A stretch of 64,000 bases of DNA, taken from the IMG/VR virus record IMGVR_UViG_3300035070_002905, positions 96,001 through 160,000 of that record, one strand, 5' to 3'. This document shows positions 46,782 through 57,218 of this stretch, piece after piece. Position 1 is the stretch's first letter. The number at the start of each line of letters is the position of its first letter. Source of the DNA: a virus. The notes beneath the pieces were generated by a model that was not told where the DNA came from, searched no databases, and saw only the letters and a program-made list of their open reading frames with translations. The position numbers and the translations under genes are program-made.

Positions 46782-47786
46782 TTATCCTCGTAGAGATTTC
46801 CAAGCATCATGCTTGCGGTTAGTTTTACGCGATACTTCAGCAGCTGAATCCGCTACCGACCACGTATTGTATGCCTTCTTAGCCTTACTGGCTGCCGGGC
46901 TTTGCTTAGCTGCGGCTGCTCGTGACTTACCAGACTTAATGGTATTCTGAGCAGTTACTTTAGCTGCATTAAGGAATGGCGCCAGCGCCTCCTTGATGAA
47001 TCCCTCGGCTTGTACAACCTTAGGTTCCAGCTCTGACAGCTCAGCTTGTGCTGCCTTTACCATAGTAAGTGTTTCTGATAGATATTTTACGTCGCTCAGT
47101 GCACTATCGGTAAATACTGTACGGCTTTCCTGAGGTTTAGCAGGAGTGAACTCGTTACGAATACTTGCAGCTTTCTCTAGTCCCATAGGAACATCGAGGA
47201 TATCACCGTCGAAATGCTGAGACTTAATACCGTCAGGGTAGATCAGTTTGCATAGTTCATCGGCGTTATCAAAATGAGCAACCTTCTCTAGTACTTTAGG
47301 ATCTCCGAATACTACATCACGTGCAGCGGCTAGCTTGCATAGGTTGTCATGGCTAGCTTCCTTCAGATGATCTACTCGACGACGGCCGTGTTCTGACTGA
47401 CGCTTAAGCATCTTGATCTTATCTGTACGGCCCCACTTCTCGAGGTCTGCCTCTTTCTCAGTGGCTACCTTCTCCATAGGCTCGGCGAAGATGTCTGTGA
47501 TGCTAGAGAGAACGTCGGGAGTATCCTGTACGCTCGCCTGCTTGGTAAACATACCAGACATTACATCATCGTATTTAGCTACGTCAAACTCAAAGGTACG
47601 ATCAGCCGACTTCTCTAGTTGAGAAAGGTAGGCGACTTGGTTAGTCGCCTCCACTAGTCGTTGAATCTGATCGGGGTTGAGTTCGTTATCCATAGCCTGC
47701 TTAGTAATGGCTCCCGTTAAGTTACCATCCTGAGCATCGACGACACAGCGTGCCGCCATCGTTTTTAAGGCTTCTGGTGTGAACAT
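46782..47786 (-). CDS. putative internal head protein
   Basis: About nine hydrophobic-x-K-x-A motifs. Confidence 0.6.
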   Translation of the reverse strand: MFTPEALKTMAARCVVDAQDGNLTGAITKQAMDNELNPDQIQRLVEATNQVAYLSQLEKSADRTFEFDVAKYDDVMSGMFTKQASVQDTPDVLSSITDIFAEPMEKVATEKEADLEKWGRTDKIKMLKRQSEHGRRRVDHLKEASHDNLCKLAAARDVVFGDPKVLEKVAHFDNADELCKLIYPDGIKSQHFDGDILDVPMGLEKAASIRNEFTPAKPQESRTVFTDSALSDVKYLSETLTMVKAAQAELSELEPKVVQAEGFIKEALAPFLNAAKVTAQNTIKSGKSRAAAAKQSPAASKAKKAYNTWSVADSAAEVSRKTNRKHDAWKSLRG

Positions 47787-47787
47787 A

Positions 47788-49914
47788 TTATCCCTCGTGT
47801 GCGATTAAGTTTTGCAGCTCTACGTAGTTCTCTCCGAGATTACGGAAGGTGTTACGAGTAGCTGTCATCAGTGAGTTAAGTGCATCGGCATCGATCTGCT
47901 CTGCCAGCTTAGCACTGTTAAGGCGCATAAGGAACAGTGAACGTCCCAGCTTGTCGATTGCATCCTTGATATCAGGTAGATACTCTTGGATTGCTCCGTG
48001 CATATCCGGGTTATGGAGCATCTCGGTAATCAGAGTAGCCTCCATAGCCTGACGGTCAGCCGAAGCTGCAGCATTCTCTACCTTACCTGGCATGCCCTCG
48101 TTACGTTGGCGTGCGGTACCGGTAATCTGCTTATCATTAGGAAGTTTCTCACCGTACTCAACCATAGGAGAGCGCATTGTAGCACCGCCACCAGTGGAAG
48201 GACGACCGCCGCCTCGAGCTGCCTCTTTATTCATACCGAAGAACGCGTCCATCTCCTTAGCGGCTGCATCTTTCAGCATACCTACTGCGCGATCTTCTGC
48301 GGTACCCGTCAGCTGCTCGGTCTGACCCTTCCCGCGGACTGCGGTATGAGTAGCTCCTAGAGCTGAAGCGGATGTAGGTGCAGGGATGTTTCCGTAACGT
48401 GGGAATGGCGCCGGTTTAGCGTTACGAGAATCCTGACCACCTGAACCGGTACGTGCGTTGGCTTGCTTGCTCATACGGATATTAACCGTACCCTGCTCTT
48501 CAGCCTTCTTAACGAAAGTCTCAACGGTCGGTACGTCCATCGACCAGGTTACCAGGCCGTGTGTGATCATCTGAGGTTTACCGCCTACTACCTGACCGTC
48601 TACTGCATATTGACCATCACGGTGCTGTAGAGTAGATGCGTAAGGGAGTGCGCGTGCCTCGTTGATCTCATGGATCATCTGTGCCTTATTGATATCAGTC
48701 ATGATTTCAACAGGTGCTTCAGATAGTGGAACGAATGTAGCATCCTCTGGAATAAGGTGCATACCTTTAGACTTGCAGTAGCGCTTGATAGATGGATGAG
48801 TCTTGAAGTAAGTACAACCACCATCGCCTAGTACCTTGAAGCAAGTCCAATCGCCTTCTTTGTATACTTCAGCCACTGTACCGGCCTCTGCATATCCTTC
48901 AGGAGTAGCGAACATACCATAGTCTTTCTGCTTGACGGCTACTAGAGCCTTGGCGCCAAGCTCTTCGAGTGCCGATTCATAGCTGACCGGACGCTCGTAT
49001 ACTACAGGCTTCTGCTTACACGTCATGCTAACCATCTGGCCTTTAGTAGTAACTACCAGAGGACCTTCGCCGATAGGAGCATTCGTACCGCGACCCAGTC
49101 GCTTATTAAGTAGAAGGGCATCGCCGTCCTGATTAGACTCAAGACGCTTAAGACATACCACGCTGATATCTTGTCCGGCCATAGTAAGACCGTTGTAGGC
49201 CTCGCCAGGTTGCAGGGAGTTAGCCTGAACGAATGCGTCTACACCACCGGCTTCTACAGCTACGATGGTTGACTTAGGTGCGTTCTTAACGGTGTAGCCT
49301 TTACTTAGTACTTCCTGAACCTGCTCTTCGCTAAGTCCACCGGCCTGAGTGACAACCTCTGGCATTGGACCTACCGGTGCACGGTATTCAGGCTTCGGAC
49401 GATTAATCGCCTCGATTAGAACCTCTACATCCATTACTGGATTGATGTGGTTAGCGCACTTCTGAATCATCGCCGCCATACCTTCACGCAACTCGTTAGG
49501 AAGCTGAGCTGCAAGTTCATGTACACGGGACTCGCCTGCGTATACGTACTTACCAGTCTTAGGTGGAACGATGGCATCATATAGATCAGGATCTCGAGCC
49601 ACGTGGCCTGGAACCTTCTCGCCCTGACCGAGGAACGGGTCCTTCTCCATCAGCCATTCGACTGACTTCTTGGTTAGCGGGATGAATACCTTAGCTTCGG
49701 CGTCGAAGATCGACTCCATAGGCTGTACGGTATCACCCTTAGCAATAACAGGTACGTAGTAGTACTTGTTATTCATATCGATAATGAACATACCGATCTG
49801 AATGCCATTGTTTTCAGGCAACTCCTCGGTCATGTCCTTGAAAGCTGCGACGTAGCGTCCCAGTTCCGGGGCTTGACGTTGAAGCTGGTTCATCGCCTGC
49901 TTAGAATAGTCCAT
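47788..49914 (-). CDS. large putative internal head protein (708 aa)
   Basis: YSKQAM, FVKKAE, MSKQAN, MNKEAA; between RNAP and protease genes. Confidence 0.6.
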   Translation of the reverse strand: MDYSKQAMNQLQRQAPELGRYVAAFKDMTEELPENNGIQIGMFIIDMNNKYYYVPVIAKGDTVQPMESIFDAEAKVFIPLTKKSVEWLMEKDPFLGQGEKVPGHVARDPDLYDAIVPPKTGKYVYAGESRVHELAAQLPNELREGMAAMIQKCANHINPVMDVEVLIEAINRPKPEYRAPVGPMPEVVTQAGGLSEEQVQEVLSKGYTVKNAPKSTIVAVEAGGVDAFVQANSLQPGEAYNGLTMAGQDISVVCLKRLESNQDGDALLLNKRLGRGTNAPIGEGPLVVTTKGQMVSMTCKQKPVVYERPVSYESALEELGAKALVAVKQKDYGMFATPEGYAEAGTVAEVYKEGDWTCFKVLGDGGCTYFKTHPSIKRYCKSKGMHLIPEDATFVPLSEAPVEIMTDINKAQMIHEINEARALPYASTLQHRDGQYAVDGQVVGGKPQMITHGLVTWSMDVPTVETFVKKAEEQGTVNIRMSKQANARTGSGGQDSRNAKPAPFPRYGNIPAPTSASALGATHTAVRGKGQTEQLTGTAEDRAVGMLKDAAAKEMDAFFGMNKEAARGGGRPSTGGGATMRSPMVEYGEKLPNDKQITGTARQRNEGMPGKVENAAASADRQAMEATLITEMLHNPDMHGAIQEYLPDIKDAIDKLGRSLFLMRLNSAKLAEQIDADALNSLMTATRNTFRNLGENYVELQNLIAHEG

Positions 49915-49925
49915 TTATATACTCC

Positions 49926-51755
49926 TTAATATCTGCCGCCTTTGCCATCGCCGAAGTTTCCGCCCATGACGTATGCTGCAATTGGATCAGTAGATGAGAT
50001 TTCAGATTCGCGGCCCATGACTACAGATTCTTTCAGGTTACGTACCTGATTACCAGTAGCAAGACGAGAGATCCAGTTTTCATCTAGATGTTTAACTGAG
50101 TTTAGACCAGGTACGAGAGGCTTAACGGATAGATTAGTCTTACTGACTTTAACCTTATCAACGCCTTTAAGCTCTAGCTCGTCTATGTGGTTTTGATCTA
50201 GCACAGTACCAGGAGTCATATATAAGACACCGTGTGATAGCATGCGACCTAGCGCAGCACTCAACGGTAGCTCTTCGACGTCCTCTTGAAGTTCTTTTTG
50301 TAGAACGTTAACGTTAACCTTCTGGCCTGGCAGGTATCCAGTATCTCCTGGATTCTCTACTAGGACATGCTTAACCATGTTCTTAGCGATCAGATCATAG
50401 TGACGCGTGTCGAGTTTATTACCTGCACCCTCGTAGATTTCACGTAGGGTATTAGTAATGTGCTTACGACCGGCGCCGGTTCCGCGTAGTTCTACTAGTT
50501 CACGAGGGTTAATCGTACCGGTAGATAGAGCGTCGCCTTGCTTGACCTGTTGACCCATCTTAACTAGAACTTCCTGCTCACGAGGAACGAAGTGTTCTTG
50601 GCCGTTGATATAGATCTTGTGTGCATTCAGAGAGGTACGCAGAATCTCATCTACCTTACCGTTAAGGCTAGCGATGGTCGCCTTCTCTTTGAATGTACTA
50701 GGGTTAGCTAGTAGGTTACTTACTTGATCGAATGGGCTGGCACGTTTACCGGCTTTCGAGTCATGCTTCGTAGATAGGATCATCTGGGTCAATACCTCAG
50801 ATGCCGATTGAGCTGCCAGTACGCCTACGTTCTCGCCTACATCTGGAACCTTAGCACGTGAATCCATGCCGTAACACTTCTGGCATACTCCGTCAGGAGC
50901 CTCACAGGTCAGCGTAGAGCGGACGGTGATGTTAGTCTTACCAGAGCTCTTAAGTTCCTTCCAGTACTCCTCGTCGATTAGATGATTAGTACCCGCCTCA
51001 TAGCGGTGCATGATCTTACCCTTGTCGCTAACCTTAGCAGAGTCACCGTTCTTAGTCCCGCAGTCGGGCTCGGTGATTACTTCATGGTATACGTTAGGAG
51101 TGATCTGCTTAAACATCGCACCAGGTTTACTAGTAGATAGCTGTGCAGATACCGTGTTACCACGACCCCAATATGACATCGCTAGTTGCTCTGCAGGACT
51201 AAGGCCCTCAGCGTACGAGCTAGTAATGGCTACAGGGATTGGCGTGCCGTCGATTCTCTTAGAGATCAGCGGTGAGCTTGTCGCCTGTTGTAATTGGTTC
51301 GGGTTACCACGAGCCTTGGTCTTAGCCATGATCGCCGCGGTAGAGTTACGGTCTACTAGGTAGTTAAGGTTTTGATCAACCATCTTAGGCTGATACTTGT
51401 TTGTCATGTCGTTGATCATATCGTTCTTCTGCTGCTGACTTAAGTCGCCGCGAAGGTTGATCTGATCGATCTTACCTTTGAACTCTTGAAGCATCGTCTT
51501 GCGATCTTCCGAGTCATTGTAGTAATCTGCTAGTGGAGTAGAATAGCCATTAGCTGTAGCCTGACCGAAGAACTCGTTACTAAGATTAGTAATAGTATCT
51601 CCAGCTTCGCTGCCGCCGTAGGTAATAACCTTATGCATAAGGTCGTTTACTCCGCCTTTATCCAAGTGTCGAGTCACATCGTAATGCTCTTTGACGCCAC
51701 TAGGAAGCATCTTTTTTATTTTCAGCGCTCCCGCTGCGAAGACTGGTTCCGTCAC
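49926..51755 (-). CDS. phage RNA polymerase beta' subunit, C-terminal half
   Basis: KARGN, bridge helix EGLSPAE...GR...T...G, EPDCGT, RSTLTC...GVCQKCYG, trigger loop GENVGVLAAQSASEVLTQMILSTKH, DTRHYDLI. Confidence 0.92.
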   Translation of the reverse strand: MTEPVFAAGALKIKKMLPSGVKEHYDVTRHLDKGGVNDLMHKVITYGGSEAGDTITNLSNEFFGQATANGYSTPLADYYNDSEDRKTMLQEFKGKIDQINLRGDLSQQQKNDMINDMTNKYQPKMVDQNLNYLVDRNSTAAIMAKTKARGNPNQLQQATSSPLISKRIDGTPIPVAITSSYAEGLSPAEQLAMSYWGRGNTVSAQLSTSKPGAMFKQITPNVYHEVITEPDCGTKNGDSAKVSDKGKIMHRYEAGTNHLIDEEYWKELKSSGKTNITVRSTLTCEAPDGVCQKCYGMDSRAKVPDVGENVGVLAAQSASEVLTQMILSTKHDSKAGKRASPFDQVSNLLANPSTFKEKATIASLNGKVDEILRTSLNAHKIYINGQEHFVPREQEVLVKMGQQVKQGDALSTGTINPRELVELRGTGAGRKHITNTLREIYEGAGNKLDTRHYDLIAKNMVKHVLVENPGDTGYLPGQKVNVNVLQKELQEDVEELPLSAALGRMLSHGVLYMTPGTVLDQNHIDELELKGVDKVKVSKTNLSVKPLVPGLNSVKHLDENWISRLATGNQVRNLKESVVMGRESEISSTDPIAAYVMGGNFGDGKGGRY

Positions 51756-51981
51756 GCTTGCTCCTTATATCTCTGCCGATCTCTGCTAGTGTAGCCGAGC
51801 GCGGTGCTTTGATAGGTTCATAAGAAATTGGTTTGCCATCCCTGGCTACATAGGCCCTAGAGTCACCTTTCTTCGTATCCACAGAGTTCTGGCTCTGCTT
51901 CATAGGCATCTGGGCTGGGGTTTTAACTTTAGGTGTTTGGACTTTTGGGTTGCCCGCCCGCACCTTCTGTACTAGATCCAC
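51700..51981 (-). CDS. small basic hypothetical protein
   Basis: GTG start with AAGGAG upstream; 93 aa. Confidence 0.5.
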   Translation of the reverse strand: MDLVQKVRAGNPKVQTPKVKTPAQMPMKQSQNSVDTKKGDSRAYVARDGKPISYEPIKAPRSATLAEIGRDIRSKRDGTSLRSGSAENKKDAS

Positions 51982-52168
51982 TCTTCAGCTCCTTAGCCTT
52001 ACGGTATAGTTTCGTCTTCAGGTATCTCTTCAAGCCTCGTTTGGTAGCTCCTTCAGAACCGATGGCTCTAATGGCTGCCTTAGGGACATCAACTGTCATC
52101 TTAGGAGGATCGATGGTGACTTCCTCTGCCTGCTTAAACAGTCTAGCCTGCTCGGTAAGTGTACACAT
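51929..52168 (-). CDS. small basic hypothetical protein
   Basis: GGAG RBS; LFKQAE motif; downstream of a TAAAATAT element. Confidence 0.55.
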   Translation of the reverse strand: MCTLTEQARLFKQAEEVTIDPPKMTVDVPKAAIRAIGSEGATKRGLKRYLKTKLYRKAKELKSGSSTEGAGGQPKSPNT

Positions 52169-52205
52169 TTAATTTCTCCCATAGTTTACTAAGTATATTT
52201 TAAAG

Positions 52206-52234
52206 AAAAGGCGCCCCGAAGGACGCCTCTTTTT
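52206..52234 (-). terminator. Rho-independent terminator after the RNAP beta/beta'-N gene
   Basis: Minus strand AGGCGTCC-TTCG-GGGCGCCTTTTCTTT. Confidence 0.8.
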
Positions 52235-52373
52235 ATCTACGTGCTGTCTGTGCCTTATCTACCGGAGTCTCACGCTCTGGTATAATAGGACTCTTTGACT
52301 TGGCCTTACCGATATTATTAGCGGCATTAGTAGAGGCGATAGCCCTCGCCTCCTCTACTAGTGGTCTCTTCAC
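52233..52373 (-). CDS. possible 46-aa protein (not in the ORF track)
   Basis: GTGA overlap with the RNAP stop; frame exactly fills the gap to the terminator. Confidence 0.35.
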   Translation of the reverse strand: MKRPLVEEARAIASTNAANNIGKAKSKSPIIPERETPVDKAQTARR

Positions 52374-55300
52374 TTCTTACGGATTCGGATAGGAGTGTTC
52401 TCTGAGATCTGTCCAGATTCCAGTGCAGCCATAGCCGCCTGTTCACTGTCGAAACTCATAGTCTCCTGCTCCATGTCCGGACTAGTCAAGTAAGATGATC
52501 CTAAGATCGCCTCGTGACCCGGTGCGTACATCGGAGAGCCATGCCCCATACGAGCATCGTGTAGATGGTTCTCAGGGAGTAGCTTATCCTTAGCCTCTTG
52601 AATTGCTTCAGGAGTCACCGGAGCGAACATCGACATTGCATCACCATCGTAATCGGCCGCGAAGCCAGGTAGATGGAGGATGTTCATACCGATTGTCTTA
52701 CCGCTTGTCGGTACCGCTTTAAGCGCTAGGATATTCGTCTTCATCAATGTAGGTGCACGGTTGAGAATCACCGGTACTTCCTGACACATCTTGTTGAACG
52801 AAGCGCCTGCCGCCTGGTTGCGAGTCTCGTAAGCCTCTTTAGCCGATGCTGCATCGTAACCCTTCTGAGCCAGGTCACGCTTGATGTGCATCTCGTACAT
52901 AGTCCATAGCTGCTCTTTAGGGATCTTAGCCTCGTTGAAGCCTACATCCGGAGCTGCGTAGATCGTACCACGACCAGAGATGTCCTGCTTCTTACTCAGA
53001 AGCTTGCTCTGGAAGAGACCGGTCTTAGGACCGCCTTCACCACCAATCTGCTTAAGCAAACCTTTAAGGCCCTGCTGCTTATGCTTATAGTTAGCCGGAT
53101 CGCCTGCCGCCATGATAGCCTTAAGACCCTGATAGGTCTCAGAACGAACATCCTGCAGTGGCTGATACTCAGGTGTAACGATGTCTTTCAACTCGCCAAC
53201 CTTCTCGTTACTGATGAACGCATCTTTATACAGAGAGTTAACGTCTGCTACCGAAGCACGTCCACCCGTTACCGATACTGGACGCATCACTGGTGGAATG
53301 ATCGGAATGTTACGTAGCATTACCGCTTTAGAGGGATCGTCGTAACCCTGCTTGTTAAGACCGTGTAGGTACTTCAACTTCTTAATCGCCTGGTCTTTCT
53401 TACTACGTGAAGTAATAGAGTGTACCTGACCTTTAAGATAGTCTACCTCGGCAGTCGTATCGATGTCCGCTAGCATTTGACTGAATGCCTCGCCGCCTAC
53501 GATCATCTCACCGTTCTCAGCCTGCTTAGTGAAGTCAGGGATAGAGCTAACGTTTACCTGACGAACAACCTCTTCGCTATCAGAATCGATCAAGTCGAAT
53601 ATACCAGTAGCCTTGCGCTTAACGCCAAACTTACCAGAGATCAGACCGTCGTATTCCTTCTGCTTAAGATCGAGCATTGAACGTACAGGATCCTCGAAGA
53701 CTGGGTTAACTGTAGGCTCTGCCAGCTTCATATGAGACCACTTCTGACCGTCAGGTCCACCGGTGATACTCGTATCGAATAGGCCGCCCTTCTCAGGACG
53801 TGCATCCTTACCGTAAACCATCTTAGCATTCTGGATCTCTCCGTTAGAACGTTTAAGGATTGACTCATCGGTCAGAGGAGAAAGACTAAGCTTACCGTTA
53901 CGGTGACTCACGTCGATGCCTGAACCTACTAGGTAATCGAAGAACTTGTTCGTAGCGAATGTAGTCTTAGGCTTCGGAAGCGGTAGACCTCGTACGTACT
54001 TGTCCCAGTATTCATTCTGATCTGTTAGCGCGCCACCTTCAGATTTAATGGTACCGATTTCCTTCAGGTTCTTACGAGCGTTCGAGCCTAGTAAGCCTAG
54101 GAACTCCATGTAACCTACTGATTTAGCACCTTCTTCACCACCTTTAGTTGGCTGACCGACGTTATCGTAGCCGCCTACCGAACGAGCCGAGTAGTTAGCG
54201 TCAACCGTCTTGTCTAGCTTAAGGATGTACTGTGGTCCAGCTAGTACGTTAGCACCGATAGTCTTACCGGTCTGCGGATCGTAGATCTCCTCGGTATCGC
54301 TCAGGCCATGCTTGGCAAGGTCATCACGAATCTTCGCAAGGTTATCCTTCTCACCGTAGTTCTGTACCATGTACGGCTGTCCGGTCTTCTTAGCGATCTT
54401 ACTAGCTGCAGTCTCAAGGACCTGGCCTAGGTTGATACGCGAAGTTACCGACGCAGGGTTAAGTAGAAGGTCTACTGCTTTACCAGTCTCCTTACTATGT
54501 GGCATCTCGTGATCGTCTAGGATCAGCGATACAACACCCTTGTTGCCGTGCAGTCCAGTAATCTTATCACCCATCTCAAGGTTCTTCTCAGAACGAATGA
54601 TTACGCGGATATTCTTACCAGAGTGGTCTACATCTACAATCTCTCCAGCCTCGTGGTGATCCCATACAATCGAAGCATCACGATACGGACTTACCAGAGT
54701 CTTATGCAGACGTCCCAGTACTTTATCCGTATCAGACTGTTGGCGCTCCTCCATGATAGGCCAGATTAGATCGCCATGACTTAGCTTACGGCCTTTAGTA
54801 GGCTTGCCGTCCATTGCGAATCCATTAAGCTGTTCAGGCTTGTACTTACGACCGAAGTTCGCACGGAACTTAGCGGCATCTAGTACTGTTTCTTTACCGG
54901 TCTGGTAGTCAAACTTATAGCAGTGGTTACTGGTCATAGACTCGGCAGCCGACTTACTGATGATGATACCATCCTCGTGGTTAAAGCCTTTGTACGGGAT
55001 GTATGCTGCGTGCAGGTTCTTACCTAGAGCAAGACTTCCGTCTTTAGTATAGTTATTATCTGCTACTACATCGCCAGGTTTAACTCGATCGCCGATCTGT
55101 AGATGACTCTCAGAGTCATCGTGGAAGCCCTTCATGTTAAACGGCATGTTATCTACCAGCTTAATCGTATGGTCTTCCTTAGTACCATCCTCGCGGATTG
55201 TAATCGACTTAGGAGTCTTACCGACTACCGTGCCTTCTACTGGGCTCTGACTTGAGAATACTCCAGCCATACGAGTGCCGTAAGAAGTACCAGTATGATC

Positions 55301-56932
55301 GACCGTCTGTACTAGCGGCTGCTCACGTTCCTTCAGGCTTAGAGACTGAGGGATTGCCTTACCTGCCATCGTTAGACGACCGGGGTGGTTACTGTTAAAG
55401 AACGGCACAAGGTTAGTCGTTACCGTGTACATATCAGAACCTGCTGGAATCCAGTAGTCTACCTGTGCACGAGGCACCTCGGCGAACTTACCGTTACGCT
55501 GGGCCTGTACTGTAGGAGCATCAGACTTAAGGCCGTCCGAGAAGCCTACCGTAGAGTTCATCATCTCGTTAGACGATAGGTAGTGTTCGACACCCTTACT
55601 ATCTAGTACACGAGCGTACATGTTACCCTCTTCATCACGACGTGAAGTCATGGTGAAACGCTGGTCGATACCAGCCATGCCAGATTCCGGTGTACGTGAT
55701 GGATCAAGGATACCTAGATGCGAAGGATCGACGTTACGAGCCTCGTCTGGAACACCTTGAGCCGATGCGATACCGCCGTAGCCCTGACCTAGGATTGTAG
55801 CCTTACCAACGTTCTCAATGCTCTCTACCGGGTTTGTTTCCGTCGGTGTTGATGCCAGTGAGCTGTTGATGATGAAATTAGTGTATACCTTGTTAAAAGG
55901 CTTGGCTCCAAGTACTCCTCGAATCTTAGGGTTATTCTTGTCCACGCGGCCAAGAGCACGCTGTACATTCTTGAGGGTACCTGTAACATTCGCATTACCT
56001 TTACTGAAGTGGCTGCCGATGAAGTCCGGAAGGTTCTGCACCTTCTTGAACTGCAGGCTATCACGGTTATCTTCCTGACGTTCACCACGGCTGATATCAA
56101 CCAGGTTCTTACAGGCACGCATGATGGTCTCTGCCTCTACATGGCCGAACGACTTACCTAGGGTAGTCTCGGTAGTAGATGCATCAAGGCTAGAGCTCTC
56201 TAAGGCCTCGCGAAGGATACGAGCCTTCTCGTCGACCGGTAGACTCTTATCCTGCAGACGCTTGTTAACCATCTTACCGTATAGGTTAGTGATTACCTTG
56301 TTCTCCATACCCTTAGATGCTTTGATGTTAACTGTAAGCAGGTCCTGAGGAATGAAGCGCGACATGTCTGCAAGGTTCATCTTGAAGACTTCAGTCAGTA
56401 CTGGGATTAGCGGTACGCCGGCAGACTTAGCGCCACCTGCACGTACGTTGAAGACCTCTGTTTCAGGGTCTAGAACGATACTAAAATTCGCACCCGAGCC
56501 GGTGTTAAAGGAGGATTCCAGTTCGTCGTTATCGCGAGAGCGAGTATATACTCCAGGCTTAAGCACAATGAGGTTAGCGACATTGTAGTTGTTCCCTCTA
56601 TAGATTGCAGTATGCTTACCCGTCATAGAGTAAGTGTCTGCTAGTTGAAAGTTCTTCACGGTATCGACGAGATCGCCGGTCTTCTTATCGTACATCTTAA
56701 CGGTACCCTTAACCGGGTACGTTAGAGATTTACCTTTAAGAATTGCCTGCTTCTCATCCTCGTGGTCGAAGTGCTTCTTGTCTGCGTAGACATCTTCCAC
56801 TTCGATTCGGTAATTGTTATCCTCAATAGGAAACGTTGAAGAAATCCCTTTGATCATCGCGTTGTCAGTCTTCTCATTGATATCATGAGGGGATGTAAAC
56901 AGCGGGATTAGTTCATCAGCCTTCTTTGGCAT
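52370..56932 (-). CDS. phage multisubunit RNA polymerase: beta subunit fused to the N-terminal half of beta' (catalytic DxDGD)
   Basis: beta motifs GILDPSRTPESG, LALGKN...GFNHEDGIIIS, GDKITGLHGNKGVVS, LLNPASVTSRINLGQVLE, YILKL...ARS; beta' motifs PEKGGLFD, IPIIPPVMRP, LLSKKQDISGRGTI, LNRAPTL, FAADYDGDAM. Confidence 0.95.
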   Translation of the reverse strand: MPKKADELIPLFTSPHDINEKTDNAMIKGISSTFPIEDNNYRIEVEDVYADKKHFDHEDEKQAILKGKSLTYPVKGTVKMYDKKTGDLVDTVKNFQLADTYSMTGKHTAIYRGNNYNVANLIVLKPGVYTRSRDNDELESSFNTGSGANFSIVLDPETEVFNVRAGGAKSAGVPLIPVLTEVFKMNLADMSRFIPQDLLTVNIKASKGMENKVITNLYGKMVNKRLQDKSLPVDEKARILREALESSSLDASTTETTLGKSFGHVEAETIMRACKNLVDISRGERQEDNRDSLQFKKVQNLPDFIGSHFSKGNANVTGTLKNVQRALGRVDKNNPKIRGVLGAKPFNKVYTNFIINSSLASTPTETNPVESIENVGKATILGQGYGGIASAQGVPDEARNVDPSHLGILDPSRTPESGMAGIDQRFTMTSRRDEEGNMYARVLDSKGVEHYLSSNEMMNSTVGFSDGLKSDAPTVQAQRNGKFAEVPRAQVDYWIPAGSDMYTVTTNLVPFFNSNHPGRLTMAGKAIPQSLSLKEREQPLVQTVDHTGTSYGTRMAGVFSSQSPVEGTVVGKTPKSITIREDGTKEDHTIKLVDNMPFNMKGFHDDSESHLQIGDRVKPGDVVADNNYTKDGSLALGKNLHAAYIPYKGFNHEDGIIISKSAAESMTSNHCYKFDYQTGKETVLDAAKFRANFGRKYKPEQLNGFAMDGKPTKGRKLSHGDLIWPIMEERQQSDTDKVLGRLHKTLVSPYRDASIVWDHHEAGEIVDVDHSGKNIRVIIRSEKNLEMGDKITGLHGNKGVVSLILDDHEMPHSKETGKAVDLLLNPASVTSRINLGQVLETAASKIAKKTGQPYMVQNYGEKDNLAKIRDDLAKHGLSDTEEIYDPQTGKTIGANVLAGPQYILKLDKTVDANYSARSVGGYDNVGQPTKGGEEGAKSVGYMEFLGLLGSNARKNLKEIGTIKSEGGALTDQNEYWDKYVRGLPLPKPKTTFATNKFFDYLVGSGIDVSHRNGKLSLSPLTDESILKRSNGEIQNAKMVYGKDARPEKGGLFDTSITGGPDGQKWSHMKLAEPTVNPVFEDPVRSMLDLKQKEYDGLISGKFGVKRKATGIFDLIDSDSEEVVRQVNVSSIPDFTKQAENGEMIVGGEAFSQMLADIDTTAEVDYLKGQVHSITSRSKKDQAIKKLKYLHGLNKQGYDDPSKAVMLRNIPIIPPVMRPVSVTGGRASVADVNSLYKDAFISNEKVGELKDIVTPEYQPLQDVRSETYQGLKAIMAAGDPANYKHKQQGLKGLLKQIGGEGGPKTGLFQSKLLSKKQDISGRGTIYAAPDVGFNEAKIPKEQLWTMYEMHIKRDLAQKGYDAASAKEAYETRNQAAGASFNKMCQEVPVILNRAPTLMKTNILALKAVPTSGKTIGMNILHLPGFAADYDGDAMSMFAPVTPEAIQEAKDKLLPENHLHDARMGHGSPMYAPGHEAILGSSYLTSPDMEQETMSFDSEQAAMAALESGQISENTPIRIRKK

Positions 56933-56933
56933 C

Positions 56934-57218
56934 TTACTCTCCTTGACGTTCTAAATATGTAACTACTACTGTATAAACTCCAGTCGCCGTACTAATAGAA
57001 TCCTTACGCTCCAAGATCATTACCTCCTGGTCTGCACTGACCGAGCGGTTAAGCAGGGTCTCGTACGCAGTGATATCGTCGCTTCCCTCGGCACTGTTAG
57101 ACAGCGTGAAGAAACCGATACGATATCGGTAGTTAGTCAGGTCTGGACCGCCTTGATTATTAGCCGGCAGCATCTCTGGAGATGCAGGCCCTTGGTTTTT
57201 CTCATTAAACAGATCCAT
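56934..57218 (-). CDS. hypothetical protein between portal and RNAP
   Basis: ATG 57218 with AGGAG RBS (ORF track start 57233). Confidence 0.6.
   Translation of the reverse strand: MDLFNEKNQGPASPEMLPANNQGGPDLTNYRYRIGFFTLSNSAEGSDDITAYETLLNRSVSADQEVMILERKDSISTATGVYTVVVTYLERQGE

Noticed and set aside
51756-52369. Intron splitting the beta' gene
   Set aside because: The gap holds a terminator, a TAAAATAT element and short ORFs with RBSs, and beta'-C has its own AAGGAG RBS; no intron or endonuclease features seen
49926-56932. Host rpoB/rpoC locus
   Set aside because: Highly diverged, fused and split differently, no ribosomal-protein neighbours, embedded in the head module
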